From Lama glama (lineage: Eukaryota): DNA of 64,000 nt. A model generated the notes under the pieces. It ran no database searches. It was not told where the DNA came from and was given only the letters and a program-made list of their open reading frames with translations. Positions within the stretch are counted from its first letter, which is position 1. Every line of letters starts with the position of its first letter. The stretch covers positions 61,878,001-61,942,000 of the forward strand of contig CM052817.1 of assembly GCA_028534125.1 (NCBI GenBank), read 5' to 3'. Below, one piece after another: positions 26,849 through 41,499 of this stretch. The position numbers were made by a program, and so were the translations under genes.

Positions 26849-28344
26849 TTGGTAGAAAAAGAATCTATACGTGGGTATAGCCAGCGCCGCTGAGTCTCAC
26901 CATGTTGAGTTTGACGACATCTTTTTCAAAGAGAACTCCACTGATGTCAAATTGCTGTAAAATGCCAAATGTTTACGTTCAATTTTTGTAGTTATTCCCT
27001 TGTGACCTGTTTGCAAAAGTAGGCATCCTGTAGACAACATTTTGAAAAGCAGAGGTGCAGAGTCAGCCGTCGGCCGTGGGGGAGGGAGGTGGGGGAGGAG
27101 CGCTAGAAATGGAGGTAGACACGCTAGAATTTCTTCCCTCAGGGAGGAAAGGCTTTTCACCTGCGAGTGGAAGTGGTGTGTCCCAGAAGTAGCCCATGGG
27201 GTTTAGGAAATTGATGCTTCAAGTGCTGAAGGGGCTGCAGTGCACATGTTGCCCTGTAGATGGAGCCAGATTCTAGTTAGGACGAGGCAGGCCAAGGATA
27301 TTCTCTGAGGAGGTTGAGCAGGTAGGGACTTAAAAAAATAGACTACATCTCTAGACAATGGAATGAAAGGCTTTGAAAAGAGGGGCAGCCGTGTTGGAAG
27401 ACAAGTCTTTGGTTCAAGGCAGCATGGGAAGGAGGATGTGGATGTGGCTGGTAGGTTATGTAGAGGATTATACAAAGTGATAGATTTGGGGGGAATTTGG
27501 TGGCATTCGGCTTTACTGCTTTGAACTCTAAGGACTCCAGCTAGTACCTAGATGAGGTCTCTGCAGATTCTACCTCACCCTTTTTGGCACAGTCCTGTTG
27601 GGGTCCAATAAAAGTCTCTGCAACTGTGTCTGCGAGCACTGGTCTTTTTTATGTAACTATACCATGGAGCTGCTGCCTTTTACGTTTGTTTTTGCCTCTA
27701 CCAAATGCTATGGACAACATTTTATTGGAAGTGTACTCTATATGTTTACTAAAAGTCAGTAATGCCTAGGTCAGAAACATTTGTGTTGTAGCCATATTGG
27801 ATATATGTCTCTATGAATTCATATTGGAGATAATGTGTATACATGTTTTTGGTATAAAGCCCCAAATAAAGAACAGGGATGATGTTAAAGAATCATAGAA
27901 CCATCTTCTCTTAATATTTTTAATTTTAGCTTAGAATAGCCCTAACTTTTGCGAAGCTGGGGCAGTAGTATATTTGGAAGTCCACATACCATTCACCTAA
28001 TTATTTAAAACTCGTAAACCAGTGTAGAAGACTGGTAAATATAGCTTCTATTAACCTGACTTAAATGTATTTTTGTAGTGATGCAGAACACCAGCTTGGC
28101 GTTGAGAATGCTTGAACTACTTAGTCTTACTCCCTCCGGTGTGGGAGGGGAGTGATGGGGAGAGCCTGTTCTGGGTTCTGTAAGGGCCTGTCATGCCTGC
28201 ACGTGGGCGCTCGTCGTGTGTCTGTCTCGGCCTATTGATAGAGATGCTATGGACTGGTAGTGCCCGAAGCACTTACCTGGGCCCATAACACAGTGGCAGG
28301 CCCCCCCAGACACTTCCCCAGCTGGAGCCAGTGTTGTGGCTAGA

Positions 28345-29030
28345 CGGACCTGTGTGGTTCTCATTACAATTGTAAGATGAACCTCAGTAACAGCCATCAG
28401 GGAACTTTGCAAATTAAAAAGGTTTATTATTCACAGGAACTGGAGGGTACACAGCACACCTGAGGGCCACATGGCAAGGGCCCAGGTATGGGGGTCGGGT
28501 GCGGACTTGGGGTTCTAACTTTATTGGGGGTGAAAGCGGGGGGCCTTGTGTTTCACAGGTTCACTCTTTATTGGCAAATTAATTTAAAAAGTGAGTTATA
28601 ATTGACATATATCATTATATTAGTTTCAGGTGTACAACATAATGACTGTATATACTGCAAAATCATCACCACAGCAAGTCTAGTTAACGTTTGTCACCAT
28701 ACATGGTTACAGAAGCACTGGCAAATTTAAAACATACGAGCGGGAATTAGGGCGCAGGCAGGGAAAAGGGAAGTTACTCAGGCGGTCCGCTGTCCAGGGA
28801 ACTTCATGGGCGGGGTGGCCCGGTTCCTCGCCTAGCTGTGTCACCAGTAGCTAGTGCCACACAGCTAGCGGGGTGCTTATCTGAGGTGGGTGTGTTTGAA
28901 ATGGATGCCTCGAAAGCTCAGTGTCAGGCCCGACACTACCACACCCCAGCCCTCCCGTTTACGCTCCACCCGCGTGTCTTGCCCCTGCCAACCCCTCGAC
29001 CTTAGGGAATGTATGCCAGCTCCTTGGTCT
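28345..29030 (-). mobile_element. ERV-type solo LTR remnant (family not determined)
   Basis: aaaaggtttattattcacag (minus-strand AATAAA), repeated tttattgg boxes, GC/CpG-richer than flanks; interrupted by an L1 fragment. Confidence 0.5.
28581..28718 (-). mobile_element. Short LINE-1 3'-end insertion inside the LTR
   Basis: ttagtttcaggtgtacaacataatga...aatcatcaccac; flanked by TGGCAAATT at 28572-28580 and 28719-28727 (candidate TSD). Confidence 0.75.
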
Positions 29031-29329
29031 ACCTTCAGTAGGACAGGGCTGGAGAAGAGGGCCTCACAGTTCCCAGACACAGGCTTAGGGCCATTTAGGT
29101 GGAATTCCAGACTTTGGGGCAATGGCCCGTGTTTTTAATGGAAAGCGGACCAGGACAGACTGGGTGGGCACGTGGCCTGGGATCTGCGGACCCATGCTCA
29201 GTGGGAAGGGGCACAGTTGAAGGGAGCCAGAGCAGGACCCTCTAAGAACCCTGCTCTTAGCTCAGGGGGTTCTAAGCTCAGAACCAGTCCAGTTTTCTGA
29301 CTAAGGGCAGTGGAGATCATCATAGTAAC

Positions 29330-29520
29330 TGTGATCTTTGCTGATGTGAATAGAGTGCTTACTGTGGGCCTTTTCTGAGTGCTTTACATGTACAAACTCA
29401 TTTAGTCCTTCTAACAGCCCAGTGCGGAAGGCACTGTTATCGTCATCCCCATTTCACAGACGTGCAAGCTAAGGAATAGTAGGGTTAAGTACTGTGCGAA
29501 GGTTACACAGCTAGCGTAAG
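29330..29520 (-). mobile_element. MIR SINE
   Basis: gagtgcttactgtgggcc...ctcatttagtcct...catccccatttcacaga...aaggttacacagctag. Confidence 0.75.
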
Positions 29521-29869
29521 TCCTGGAGGTAGGAAATAGGCCAGTGGCCTCATCTCACTGAATCTTCTATACAGAGCGCTGAATGACTTCCCCCCACCAA
29601 AAAAAATAAAAGTTTTTATTTATCTAAGAGTCAGAAAACTCTCAATAAATAGTGGTTAGTTGTGTCACAAAATAATCAGTAAACAATTCATATGATTCCT
29701 TCAAAGCCTTCTGTTTATTATGTTTGCTTTGCCCAATTAGCGTTTTCTCTAGTCTTAGGATATGGCATTAGGTGCTTGCTCCCTCTCTCCCTTGCACTCA
29801 CCCCTCCTCTTCCCCTCCTCCACTTCCTTCTAATTTATCATTTATGAAGGTCCCACTTGTGTACCAGGC

Positions 29870-30053
29870 CAGAGGTTTTCAAACTTAGGGGCATCAGAAT
29901 CACTTGGGGAGCTTGTTAAAACACAGAATACTGGCCCCTACCCAGAGTTTCTGATTCAGTAGATCTGCGGGGACCCTAATAATTTGCCTTTCTAAGAAGT
30001 TTCCAGGTGATGCTGATGCTGCTGGTCCAGAGAGCACACTTTGAGATCCCCTG
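29870..30053. mobile_element. Near full-length MER5A (hAT-Charlie MITE)
   Basis: cagaggttttcaaa...tttgagatcccctg terminal inverted repeats, ~184 bp. Degenerate 8-bp TSD taccaggc / tactaggt. Confidence 0.85.
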
Positions 30054-33000
30054 TACTAGGTGTTGCCCCGTAGATTGTTAGATATTGTAGCAGATTTATT
30101 AAAACCTAAATGGCAAACTACTATAAAGCAGACACTATCTTATGAAAAGAGAGGGCTGAAAAACCCAGCTTACCATTTTTTGTTGTTGTTCTTTATTCTT
30201 AATAATTGCTCTTCCAAAAAAGTTAAAAGGTTAACCTCATCACAAAACATCTGTGTTACTAGGAGTTAAATAGTAACAGGCTTAGGTGAGGTTCTGTTAT
30301 TAGACATCAGAGAAGTCCTAAGTGTAGGGGGAAATATCTACCAATAAATTTTCTTACTGAAAAATAAACAAGAAAACCTTTTCTACTAGTAGAGTTTTTT
30401 CAGATTTTTTTTCCAGCTTAGATGCGTGAGCAGGAAATTAGAGAATCACATCCAATAAATATTTATCAGTGTACATTTAGGTCCTTGAAATTTTGTCATC
30501 TTCTCTTTCAAAAAATGATGAACGGTGGCCAGAATGCAGCTTAAATTCTTTTATGAATATTAGTTTTCCTTTTGCTTTGCTAATTCCATTTTAGCACCAG
30601 CAAAGCAGGATGCTGTAGGATAGTCTTTCTCCTGAAGGAAGAAACATGAAAAGTAATTAGATCAAATGTAGCACCTTCATCATAAACAATAAAACATGAT
30701 CTGGGAAGCCCAGTAACACTGTGGCTGGTGCTAAGGGTAGGAAGGGATGTCTACTTTGATGGAGAGGCTTATAGGGAGAAGTCGTGGTGCCCTGGTGTCT
30801 GGCTTCCTGCCTGCAGATTTAGCGTTGGAGGGGCACCGAGATGCTTGGAGGAAGGATGCACGCCCAGACTCTCAGCATCACGTGTTCTGACCAAGATATT
30901 GTGAGTAAAGTGTTGTATTGAAGTGGCATGTAGGCCAGAGAACTTGATGAGGATATTTTTCTCCTCTCAGATTACTTATTAAAGTCACTTATTTTTGTTT
31001 AATCTTTTTTTCAGATGAGCATTTAGAGAAGTGAAACACTGGTGTTAAAATGAACAGAAGCCGTTGCTTTATTGAATGGGATTCTCTAATTAGGTTTTTA
31101 CAAAGTCAAATTAAGTTCATATAATTTTTTGGAATAGGTGTAAGTTTGTTGTTTTACTATAGGAATTACTTTATATATAGTACGTGTGTTACCGGGAGGA
31201 GGGGGAAAAATTACCTCAGTTCTTAGTCACCTGAAAAAAAAATGAATTTTTAGTGAGAGACAGAAAATGTGATGTAAACAGATTTTATTCGTAAAGTAAA
31301 AAGGTGGTAAAAGATAGAACCCTCCAGAGAACCGGGGGCGGGCCGATCCGGGAGAGGAAACATGGTGCCGCTCCTTTGTTTCTCCTGCCTTACATCCTGG
31401 CTTAGGAGGGGTTTTCGTGATTGGTTGACAGCTCACGTTCCTTGCGCTCAGGCACGACCATCCCTTTTGTGCAAGTGCTTATCCATGATGCACACAGAGA
31501 AACCTGTGGTGGGGGCTCAAACTGAGCCCCTTATCCTGAGCGCAGGCGTAGTGTTATCTTCTGGGTTGCCTCCTCCCCCTTCCTCTCCCCTTGCCCAGAG
31601 CTCATTTCTAACTTCCTAACACATGTATACTTCCTAGAAAATGTATCAGAAACAACATTCTGTTTTGAAATAGGATAATTTCAATATAGTTTAGGTAAAA
31701 TTATAATACAGGATTTCCAAAGCTAAAATTTATCTTATTTCTTTTCTTATTCAATTAAAATACATATTCTGAACAGTGTACAGATTTGTTTAGAAATGCT
31801 GTTGCATAGTTTAGATACTGCCAATTACAGATTAAACTCAATAGGTAAGAGGTATTTAACCAGTGAAACATCTCCCTTATTCTCCACAACACAGATAGGT
31901 TGAATATATGATGGCGTCTAGAGTGCAAGGATGTGTTGCAGAATTTTCCTTCTGACACATTTTTTTATGCCAGTGACAGTATAAACCAGTACATGAGTCG
32001 GAGCTGAATTCCTTGTCAGCAGTTAGCTCTAACATTTCTTGAAATGTGCAGCTTTTAATTATTTTGGAAATTCTGGTTAACTTTGGGATGGATGAAAGAA
32101 ATTTAGAAATAATTAGTCTCTTTTTTTTCTCGTTGAACACAATAATCTGGATATAAAAATTCTGTCTTAACTTCTTTTGTTACCGAGAAATATAATTCTA
32201 AATATTTTTATGTCGGAAAAGAACTAGAAAATTCTGTCTTTGTTCTTATAGTGAATTTATTTCTAGACATTACTGTAAGATGGAATTCAATATATGATCA
32301 AAGTAAATTACTTTACACTATTATTTTTTGACTGAAATCCTCTGACAAGAATGTTTTTTCAGCAACTTTATGCTCCTGTTAATAGAAGGATGTCTCCAGT
32401 TTATCTGTGATTGTAACATTGAGAGCACATTTAAAGATGTCTTTGGGCCATTCGTATTTTCTAGATGCTTTCTAGATTTTTTTCTTTTATTTCTTACTGC
32501 AGTTATGAGCCATCTTCTAGCCTTAAAAAAATAGACCTGGCATTTTAAGCAGTTACAAACCAGTTAATTATCAGAAAGGAGACAAGTAGTGACAGAATGT
32601 TATTTTGTTAGGAAACCAATACTGATTCTTCCTTGCCTCTCACAGTGAACCAGGCTTCCCTGGAGAGTGCTCTGTTCTACTTCCCTGAGCAGTTGGAGTG
32701 ACAGCCAGGTGGAAATCTGCTGCCCCAGAGAGAACTGTGGGCTCTGTTCTTTCCCTGAGAGGTATCTGGTAGTGTTCCCCTTCCAGGATTCTGGCAGCGA
32801 CTTGAATGTTTACATTGTTAATGCTCTGAGAACAGGTAATGGCAGATTAAAACACAACCAGCGTTTCTAACAGAAACAAAAGGTTTATTGATAAGGCTCA
32901 CGTATTCATGACAGGAGACAGGCAGGCAGTGGATGAGGCTGCAGGGGATAAGGTTATTGGGGCAAAGGAAAGGAAAATGGGAAGGTCATGTTAGCCTTAG

Positions 33001-34689
33001 AGAAAAGTGCTTGATGGTAAGGGAAGAATCCTTTATGAGAGGATAATATGAACCTTTCTGGTCTTGTGGCTGTCATAAATCAGAAATCTAGTAAGACGAG
33101 GAATAAATATGTGTTCTTACAGTTCACAGTGTCTTCTGTATTTACATGGAAAAGTCAGTGAGGCTGAGTTTTAATAAAATTATATCACTTGAATAAAAAA
33201 TACTCTGTACTCATATACTGACAATGTGTTGTGTTGGGGTAGTTATGTCTTCTAGTTCTAATAGAGTGTCCAGTGTTCTCTTTGGTTTTCTGCAAAATCA
33301 GGCTTTTTATTTTTGTTATCCTTAAAATTGGAAATCGATGTTAAGCTAAGTTTCCAGCAATACTATTTGCACACGTATGCACCGTGGTATTTGTGCACCT
33401 GCACGCATATAAACATTGTTACCTGCCCTCTCCCTGGCAGAGGTTGTGCTTACCTTCGGTTTATTGCTAACTTTGCCTCTAACCTAAAGGAGGGAGGGAG
33501 AGAGAGGGAAAATTTATTAAGACAATTTATTGTGTAAAATTTTAGCTTGATTTTAAGAGCCTGCAGATTATTTTCTCTAACTTTCCTAAGCAGCACTTTT
33601 CAGACGATGCATGTGTTAATTATATGTGATTTCCGTTGGTGTTAGCGTGAATGGCTTTTTGGATGTGTACCGTAGTGGGTCAAGTTCCTGAATTCCTTTT
33701 TTTCTGGACCATGGGCGATGTTTCTGAATTTGTTCATATTAAAACTGCTTTTTAAAAAATGGATTCTCATTTAGCTTTTTCAGGTACAGATAGAATACTT
33801 GCATTAATAGTTTACAAGTAGTAGAGATCATAAGTAATTGTTAAACATATATTAGACTGATGAGTAAATCTTAATATTAACCATCTCAAGATTTGGATAA
33901 GAAATTGGCATAAAGATGTATGGATTTTAGTTTGAAATAAGTAATCCAAACGGTCTCATACATATTTCAAAGTAAATGTTAATTTTCTGATTTTGATAAT
34001 TGTATCACCATTTGGTAAGACAATGTCCTTGTTCTTAGGAAGTGAACTCTGAAGTGTTTATGGGTAGGAATATTATGTCTATAACTTCAGATGGTCCATA
34101 AATTATGCATACATGTAAAGAGATAACCATAAATATGAATACAAATATATATATATACACATATATCTTTTATAGAGAGAGAGGTAAGCACACACATACA
34201 TACTGAGAAAGCAAGAGAGTCATAAAGCAAATATGGTAACATTTTTAAAATGAGAACTTTCTAAAGGACATGTTGGAGTTCTGCAGACTCAAATTATTTT
34301 AGAGTAATTAAAACATGTTCATATTGATGATACAAAAGAAACTTATAATCTTTTTTAAAGGATATTTTGACAGCATGTGTGAAAAAACTAAAAATACATA
34401 TCCTTTGAACTAATAATACTACTTCTAGGGATGTAGATTAAGAAGATAATCATTGATGTGCAATGATACATGCATAAGAATGTTCATCACAGGATTTTAG
34501 GTAAAGATGTTATTATAGCAAAATCTTGACAATCCCCTAAATATATATACATCATCAGAAAACTGACTTTCTAATTAGAATGTGTCTGTATATACACTAT
34601 GTAGTCTTTAAAATCCATGTTGCAGAAAAATTAGTATTGTTTACAATATTATCCATGAAAACACTCGTTATAAGGCAATTGTAATTTTT

Positions 34690-35175
34690 TCCGAATCTTA
34701 CTGTGAAATACACATAACAGAAAGTTTACCATCTTAACCACTTTTAAGTGTACAATTTGGTGATGTAAAATATGTTCATAATGTTGTGCAACCATCACCA
34801 CTCTCCATTTCTTTTCATCTTGTAGAATTGGAACTCTTACCCATTAACCATTAACTTCCTCTATCTCCCCTCTCCCCAGCCCCTGGCAACTGCCATTCTT
34901 CTTTTTGTCTTTATGATTTTTGACTGCTCTAAGTATCTCTTATAAGTAGAGTCATGCAGTGTTTTTTTGTGATTGACTCATTTCACTTAGCATAATGCCC
35001 TTAAGGTTCATTCATGTGGTAGCATATGTCAGAATTCCCTTCCTTTTTAAGGCTTAACCATGTATGTGTATACGACATTTTGCTTATACATCTATATGTC
35101 CATGGACACTTGGGTTTCTTCCATGTTTTAGCTATTAAGACTAATGCTGCTAAGGACAGGAGTGTATATAATGCC
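34690..35175 (-). mobile_element. L1MB-like LINE-1 3' fragment (flanked by older L1ME-like sequence, ~33900-35380)
   Basis: tttaccatcttaaccacttttaagtgtacaa...cagcccctggcaactgccattct...tttcacttagcataatg; minus-strand ORF contains AKTWKKPKCP. Confidence 0.85.
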
Positions 35176-36414
35176 TTTTTGTGAACTATTTTGCTGAGGA
35201 ACACTTTGGTCATCAAAATGACACTGCAAGGGCGTACACTAAAATGTTAGTAGTAATTTTTCCAAGTAGTGTGGTGGTGGCAGTTTCGTTTATTTTATTT
35301 TGCTTAGTTGATGCTTTTCAGTTTTTCTTCAGGGAATATGTAACACTTTTGAATGAAAAAATAAAGTTACATTGAGTGGGATGAGGTCTCTAGCCAAAAT
35401 GTTTAGGTACTCATACAATTAAAAGTATACAGCACAGTTGGAAAACATCTTGTTTGTAGGTAACCAAAGTCATAAATTATAATACATGATACCTTTAAAA
35501 ATTAAATAACAGTAATTACTCTCCCAAGGATATACAGTGCCCTTAATAAGAGTGGTGCTAATTCTCTTAATATATAAGCACACCTGGATTTTGGTCATTT
35601 TTCTTCAAATGTATTCCACAGACTAACTGCATATAAATCACCTGGGATGATTGTAGGAAGTAAAATAAAATAGTTTGAATAAAAATCTCTGGGGTTCAAG
35701 TCAGTAAATATGCATTTGTGTAAAGCTGTCCTGGTCATTCTTATTTTTATGAAGTTTGAGACTGTAAGTAAATCTGATTTGTCAAGAACCAGAGTTAAAA
35801 CAACATGAATACTATTTAATAATTTGTTGTTTAAAAGGATCATATAATTCTTTGAGTAGAACATACCCATTCTTTTAAAATATGATGCCACTTATGAAAA
35901 CCTTAGGTATGTATTTTTGAAGGGCATCTTTGCTTAAAGTAATGCACATCCATATATTCTGTGTTTGGCAATATATCAGGAATCCTGTTCCTTTGTATCC
36001 ATCATAGGATGACTTTTTATTTTATGTACACTGAATATAAATTAGTTTTTTATCCAAAGTCATGATATAGTGCGCTTCAGAAACCACATGCGAAAAGCCT
36101 GTAAACCCATCAGCTGGATCTGACACAAAGATGAACTACCTACTGATATTTTAGGGGCATTGCTCCATCTACATTTATTTATATTCTGTGCTTTTATCTT
36201 ATGTCAAGCATGTTCCTTCCAGAGAGGAAGAAATACATGCCATTGAAATGAGTGCCTCGATGAACAATGATTCATGTTAGTCAAACTTAACTTAATTTTA
36301 AGAGCATATATATATATTTTTCATCAATTAACAGATTAAAAGGACCTTTCACATCATGCATATGGAGCTTAGCAAGCACTTTTAGCAAAGAACTGCTTCC
36401 TTATTTTTAAGTGA

Positions 36415-36555
<141 letters not shown>

Positions 36556-37648
36556 TAAGTTTCCAATATGTAGGTGTAGGATTTTGAATTTATAATATCT
36601 TCCTCATACTCTTCTACCTGTTGACATTTTTTTACCACAGCTTTCCTTGCCCTAATTAGATCTTAAAGTTCACGGATAATATCAGGTTTCTAGTGATAAA
36701 TATTTGTCCTAAGGAAGCTATTAAACCTATCTCATTTCCGTTTCAAATATCAAAACCACCCAGAAAAAATTCATCTCTAGAGAATTTACGGTCATTAGGA
36801 AATTCAGCAACTAGTTGCTACTGAGGTTTGATTCAAAGCAGAGAAATGACCATGTTGAACTTAGAATGGTTTTAGTAATTCCTTATTTCATGAACTAACA
36901 GTTTCTCTTTAACATTGAAATATTTTAAAGATAATTTATAGATTAATTATTAAAATAGAATAAGTTCAGTTAGTAAATTAGAGTATAGTCATTACAAATT
37001 ATTTTCAGTCACCTAAGAACCCATTTTCTAGTTTGTGAAATGGCAGGGACCTTTACATTCTCATCATTTGCCTTTTGCAGTCCTCATTTAAGTTACTGTT
37101 GTGCAAATGGGAGTTGATTCAAATAACATCATTTCTAGTGAAAGACATAATTACTGACAAAAGTTTTTAAAGTTTCAATTGATTTCATTTATCTATGTTA
37201 TCGCTTTATATACATTACCTTAGATGAAAAAGTTTGTTGTTATGTCTTTTGTAAACCAAAAATTTGCATCTTTGTTACCTTATAGGAATTACCTGATATT
37301 AAATAATTACCTTATAGAAAAAGACTTTAGGAACTGATTCTTGGAACTATGTAGAAACACTTATGGAACGTAGGCTGCTTGGATATATGCGGTTGAAAGA
37401 AATAGAGAAGAAAAATTATAGATGGTTGTGACTGAGTGAAAACATGTAGTTTACTTTAAAAGTAGGTTAGAAAAATAATTATGATTTTGTGTTTTGGAAA
37501 TCATAACTAAGAGTGATAAATACTGAGCATTTAATCTTGTATTTATGTGCAGGGATAAAACCTGCTGTGGTTACTGTTTTATCTGCCATGTTTTGCTCCT
37601 GTTGTTGGAATCCAGAGTCTCAAACTGCCTTCCTCTGTGCTTCTGCAG

Positions 37649-37787
37649 GTATAAAAGACAAGAAACCAGACCTCGGTACAGCATTGGGTTAGAACAGGAC
37701 GAAACGTACATTCCTCCTGGTGAATCCCTGAGAGACTTAATTGAGCAGTCTCAGAGCTCGGGAAGCGGATCAGGCCTCCCTCTGCTG
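37649..37787 (+). CDS. BMPR1B: BMPR1B coding exon 5 (juxtamembrane and GS domain, [11 protein letters not shown])
   Basis: ttctgcag| acceptor, CTG|gtacga donor, 139 nt. Confidence 0.98.
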
Positions 37788-38504
37788 GTACGAGAGGAAA
37801 TGTCAATAACCGCCTGGTTTCATTTTACTGAAATGGATAGGGCGATGGGCAAAGAGAAGGATCCCTGCAGTCAGTGAGACATCAGATCTCAGATGCAGGG
37901 TTTCCTGATAACATTTTGACATATTGGGGGCGAGGTGATTGTTCTTTAATGTGAGTGTAAGGTTACAATCCAGACCGTCGGACGTTCTGATAAAGAGCAG
38001 ATTAGAAAATACTCAACATGGGACCATCTTCCCTCTGTTTTCAGTAAGGATAGCGTTACTGCACTTTGGCCTGGCTTTTGAAGGCAAAAGTATCATCACA
38101 ACCAACTGGGATCTGAGTGCTTCTCCAAGGGAAGAAGGCTGCGTTTCAGCTGGAGGGTTTATGTTTCAGGGTGAAGTCCTGGCTTTTCCATTCAGGAGAG
38201 TTTTAATTTTCTGATGGTCAACACTGCCAACTTTGAAGAAAATATATACCGAATCCAAGGCACTTGCTTTAATGAGAAAAGCATTCGGTTTCTTTATGGA
38301 CCATGCAAAAAGGTTGTTGGGACTTGGAATGGAAATAACAATTTTAGTGAGAAATATTTTCCTTTATAAACTCTTAAGATTGTTTTTCCTAATCTTTATT
38401 GTCTGGTTCTGACTTTGGATATCTTGTTTACTTGATTTTTTTGGTGACTTTTTATTTAGTGCTAAAAATAACTTAAAAAAACTCAAGCCAAGAATTGATT
38501 ACTC

Positions 38505-38815
38505 TTTTTTTGACACACAAGAAGCTGTATAGATTTAATATATATAAGTTGAAGAGTTTGAAAATGAGTATACATCTGTGAAGCCATCACCACAGTCTAG
38601 GCTATAAATATATTCACCACCTCCCAAAGTTTCCACCTGCCCCATTCATTCATTATTATTATTTTATGATAACACAACATAAGGTCTAATGTCGCAAATT
38701 TTTAAGAATACAGTCCACTGCTGTTAACTGTGGGCACCGTGCTGTACGGCAGGTCTCTAGGACTTAGTCATCTTGCATAACTGAAACTCTGTGCTCTTTG
38801 ACTAATATCTCCCCT
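38505..38815 (-). mobile_element. LINE-1 3'UTR fragment (L1MA/L1MB-like)
   Basis: gtgaagccatcaccacagtc...tctaggacttagtcatcttgcataactgaaactctgtgctctttgac. Confidence 0.75.
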
Positions 38816-39689
38816 GGAGGTAACAGACCAGACAGAAACCCACTTGGGAAGCAGTCATTCTGACCAAACCGATGCTACTTAGGATGTAAGTTTTTTTTTT
38901 AATGTCAAAGTTCTTATCAAATTGGTTGATTTTTCATTCTTAGAATTTAATGAATATATAGCAAATACCATTCTAAAATTTAAAAATCTGTTTTATTATA
39001 CTGTTTTTTAAGTACCAATATTAAAATCCCCTTTAGTATTAATGCATCAGATATTTATGCTCTTGGAATTGAAAGCTACTTATTTTCTTCCTTCTAGCCC
39101 ATCTTTCTCATTCCTGTGGCGTTCTCTCTCTAAAACCTTACTGTCTCCCTCCCTGGATAACACGTTCTAGTGTCCTAGTGTTTACGGGTCCTTTCTGGCT
39201 TGGTGAGAGCACAGCAGCCTCTCCTCCCAACCTCTTCCCCACCTGCTTCCTGAGCCGTGGCATCAGCCTTGAGTAATTGTTTTGAAAATACAACATGGTT
39301 TTAAAATCCACGTCTTTGCAAGTGTCGTATCTTTCTGGAGAGTTCCTCCGACTGTCACTCAAGGCCTAACCCATGTTTTATCTCTGTGACAAATTAGCCC
39401 AGACTGAGCCAGCCTGTTTCTCTTCTGTCCTGACAGTCCGCTGCGGTACCAGTACAGTGGTTGAGGATAGCACTGTCATTGGCATTAGTGTACCTGAGTC
39501 TTAGGTGGACTTCCATCTCTTCAGGGGTGGAAACTGCATTTTTCCACTTCGCATCCTCAGTGGCGTACCTGAGTGATTAAACAGGCTGCTCAGTAATTTG
39601 TTTTTAAAAAATTTCAACTCCAACTTTTAGTGTCTGTGAAAATACAGTCTTCTTTCTGTAATTTAGATACAAAAAAAAATTAGCTGTTA

Positions 39690-39880
39690 ACTCTATAACA
39701 GTTAAGAGCAGCCAGACATCGGCCCTTACAGGATGAGCTCATTTCATCTTCATAGCACCCGTGAGGTAGCACTAGACACGTATCCCTGTGTTCGCATCCG
39801 GGGCGTGCGCCCAGCTGGTCAACCAGCTCACAGGTGGATGAGCCAGGACTCAAACCCAGCCGATCTCTAGAGTCTGTGCA
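39690..39880 (-). mobile_element. MIR SINE
   Basis: ctcatttcatcttcatagcacccgtgaggtag...gagccaggactcaaacccag. Confidence 0.7.
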
Positions 39881-41499
39881 CTTAATGTTTGTGAACCAAA
39901 TATTAAATAAAACAAAGAACTGCATTTGATGATGGCAAGATGGGAAGAAGGAGTCTATAAAACTCAGTTTAGTAAAGGAACAGTCTCAGTATTACAGATT
40001 TAAGATCTTGTTTTAAGATTTGGTTTTTAAGATAAACAGTGTAGAAATGTACAGTAGCCTTTCTGCGTATTATCATGTGAGTATCTCACCTTAATACTGA
40101 TTTGTTACTTCTTTCATTAATGTAAAGGGAAAATTCATGCCTGGAATGTAAACTTGGATGTACTATTTGCCAAGTGACTTTATATATAAATCCTTTAAGG
40201 AAGGAACATCATAGGATGGTTGTAAGAATTAAGATGGTATGCATTTTCCTACTGTGTATGTATATAAATATGCTGGCATATTTAATATGTATGTATTCTG
40301 TAAATAGTAACACTATTATTATTTATTTATACCCTATTTATCTGACCTTGTAAAGGAACAAAAGGTGAAGTAAATTGTCTAATTGAACATCACACCTTTT
40401 GGTTGAGAAATCTTTTGTAAAGAATCTTTCCAATGTGTATTATTCACATAGCCTTACTAAGCAAAGTATTTAACAGTATATTTTTGTATTGCTCATTCAG
40501 GGGCATGTTGAGAGTACAGAGTATTACTTACAACTGTGTGGTTTCTAGTGTCCATCATGTACGTGGACTTAACCATTAGAGACTATCAGGTAATCTGATC
40601 ACTAGATGAGAGGACATTTCTGATATAGTGACAGCTCCTTATAATCCTTCTACAGCTAGATGTACCCATCTTACATGAAATAATTCTCTTTTTGGAATCA
40701 CAATTATAGTGATTATATTTTATTTTTGCAATCTAACTTTCAAAATAAATATCTAAGACTGTAATAGAGAGTGAAAGTTTAGGTACAGAAAGATGTGAAA
40801 CATTAACTAAATCAAACAAAAACTCAAATAACATAGATAAAACATTTTTCAAGTTATATTTTCCAGTTCATAAATGTTGTTATAAATCACAAAATATAAA
40901 TATATTTTAAATTTCTGAATGTAATTTAGTGAGACTTTCTGTCTTTGAGATAAGTTGTTCCTATTATGAGCATTGCCAATTCCATCAGTACTTTCATTAA
41001 TTAGGTATGTTATCATTAGAAAAGAAGTGGATGTAAAACTGTTTATGTTAGGAAGTGTCCCATAGATTTACGTAAGCAATGTTTTGTAATATCTGTAAAT
41101 TAATAGTATTTCTTTAACAAATGTAGGAAGTCTTCTCTCAAGTCAGTCATGTAACTCCTTGTGGATTTGGCTCTCGGCTGCTGGTGCTCTTGGTGATCTG
41201 GCCGCTCACTCAGGATGGAAATGTACTGAATGTTTCCTCGTAAAGCCCTCTGCCTTTTAAAGGGGGAAAGGCTGCTCCACACATATACTTGGTCCCTCAT
41301 TTCCTTCAGGCCGAGCGGCTTAAATGGCATATCAGCGATGCTTTTATTTTTCAATCCTTCTTTGAGAGGAAAAGGAAACTTTTATCTTGTCCCAAAAAGC
41401 TTTCAGTCTGATATTAGTGCTGTTAATGGCTCTGGCAATGGATAGCATTACCTCTTGAATTGATAAAATCGCCCATTATGCAAAAACAGAACCCATCCC

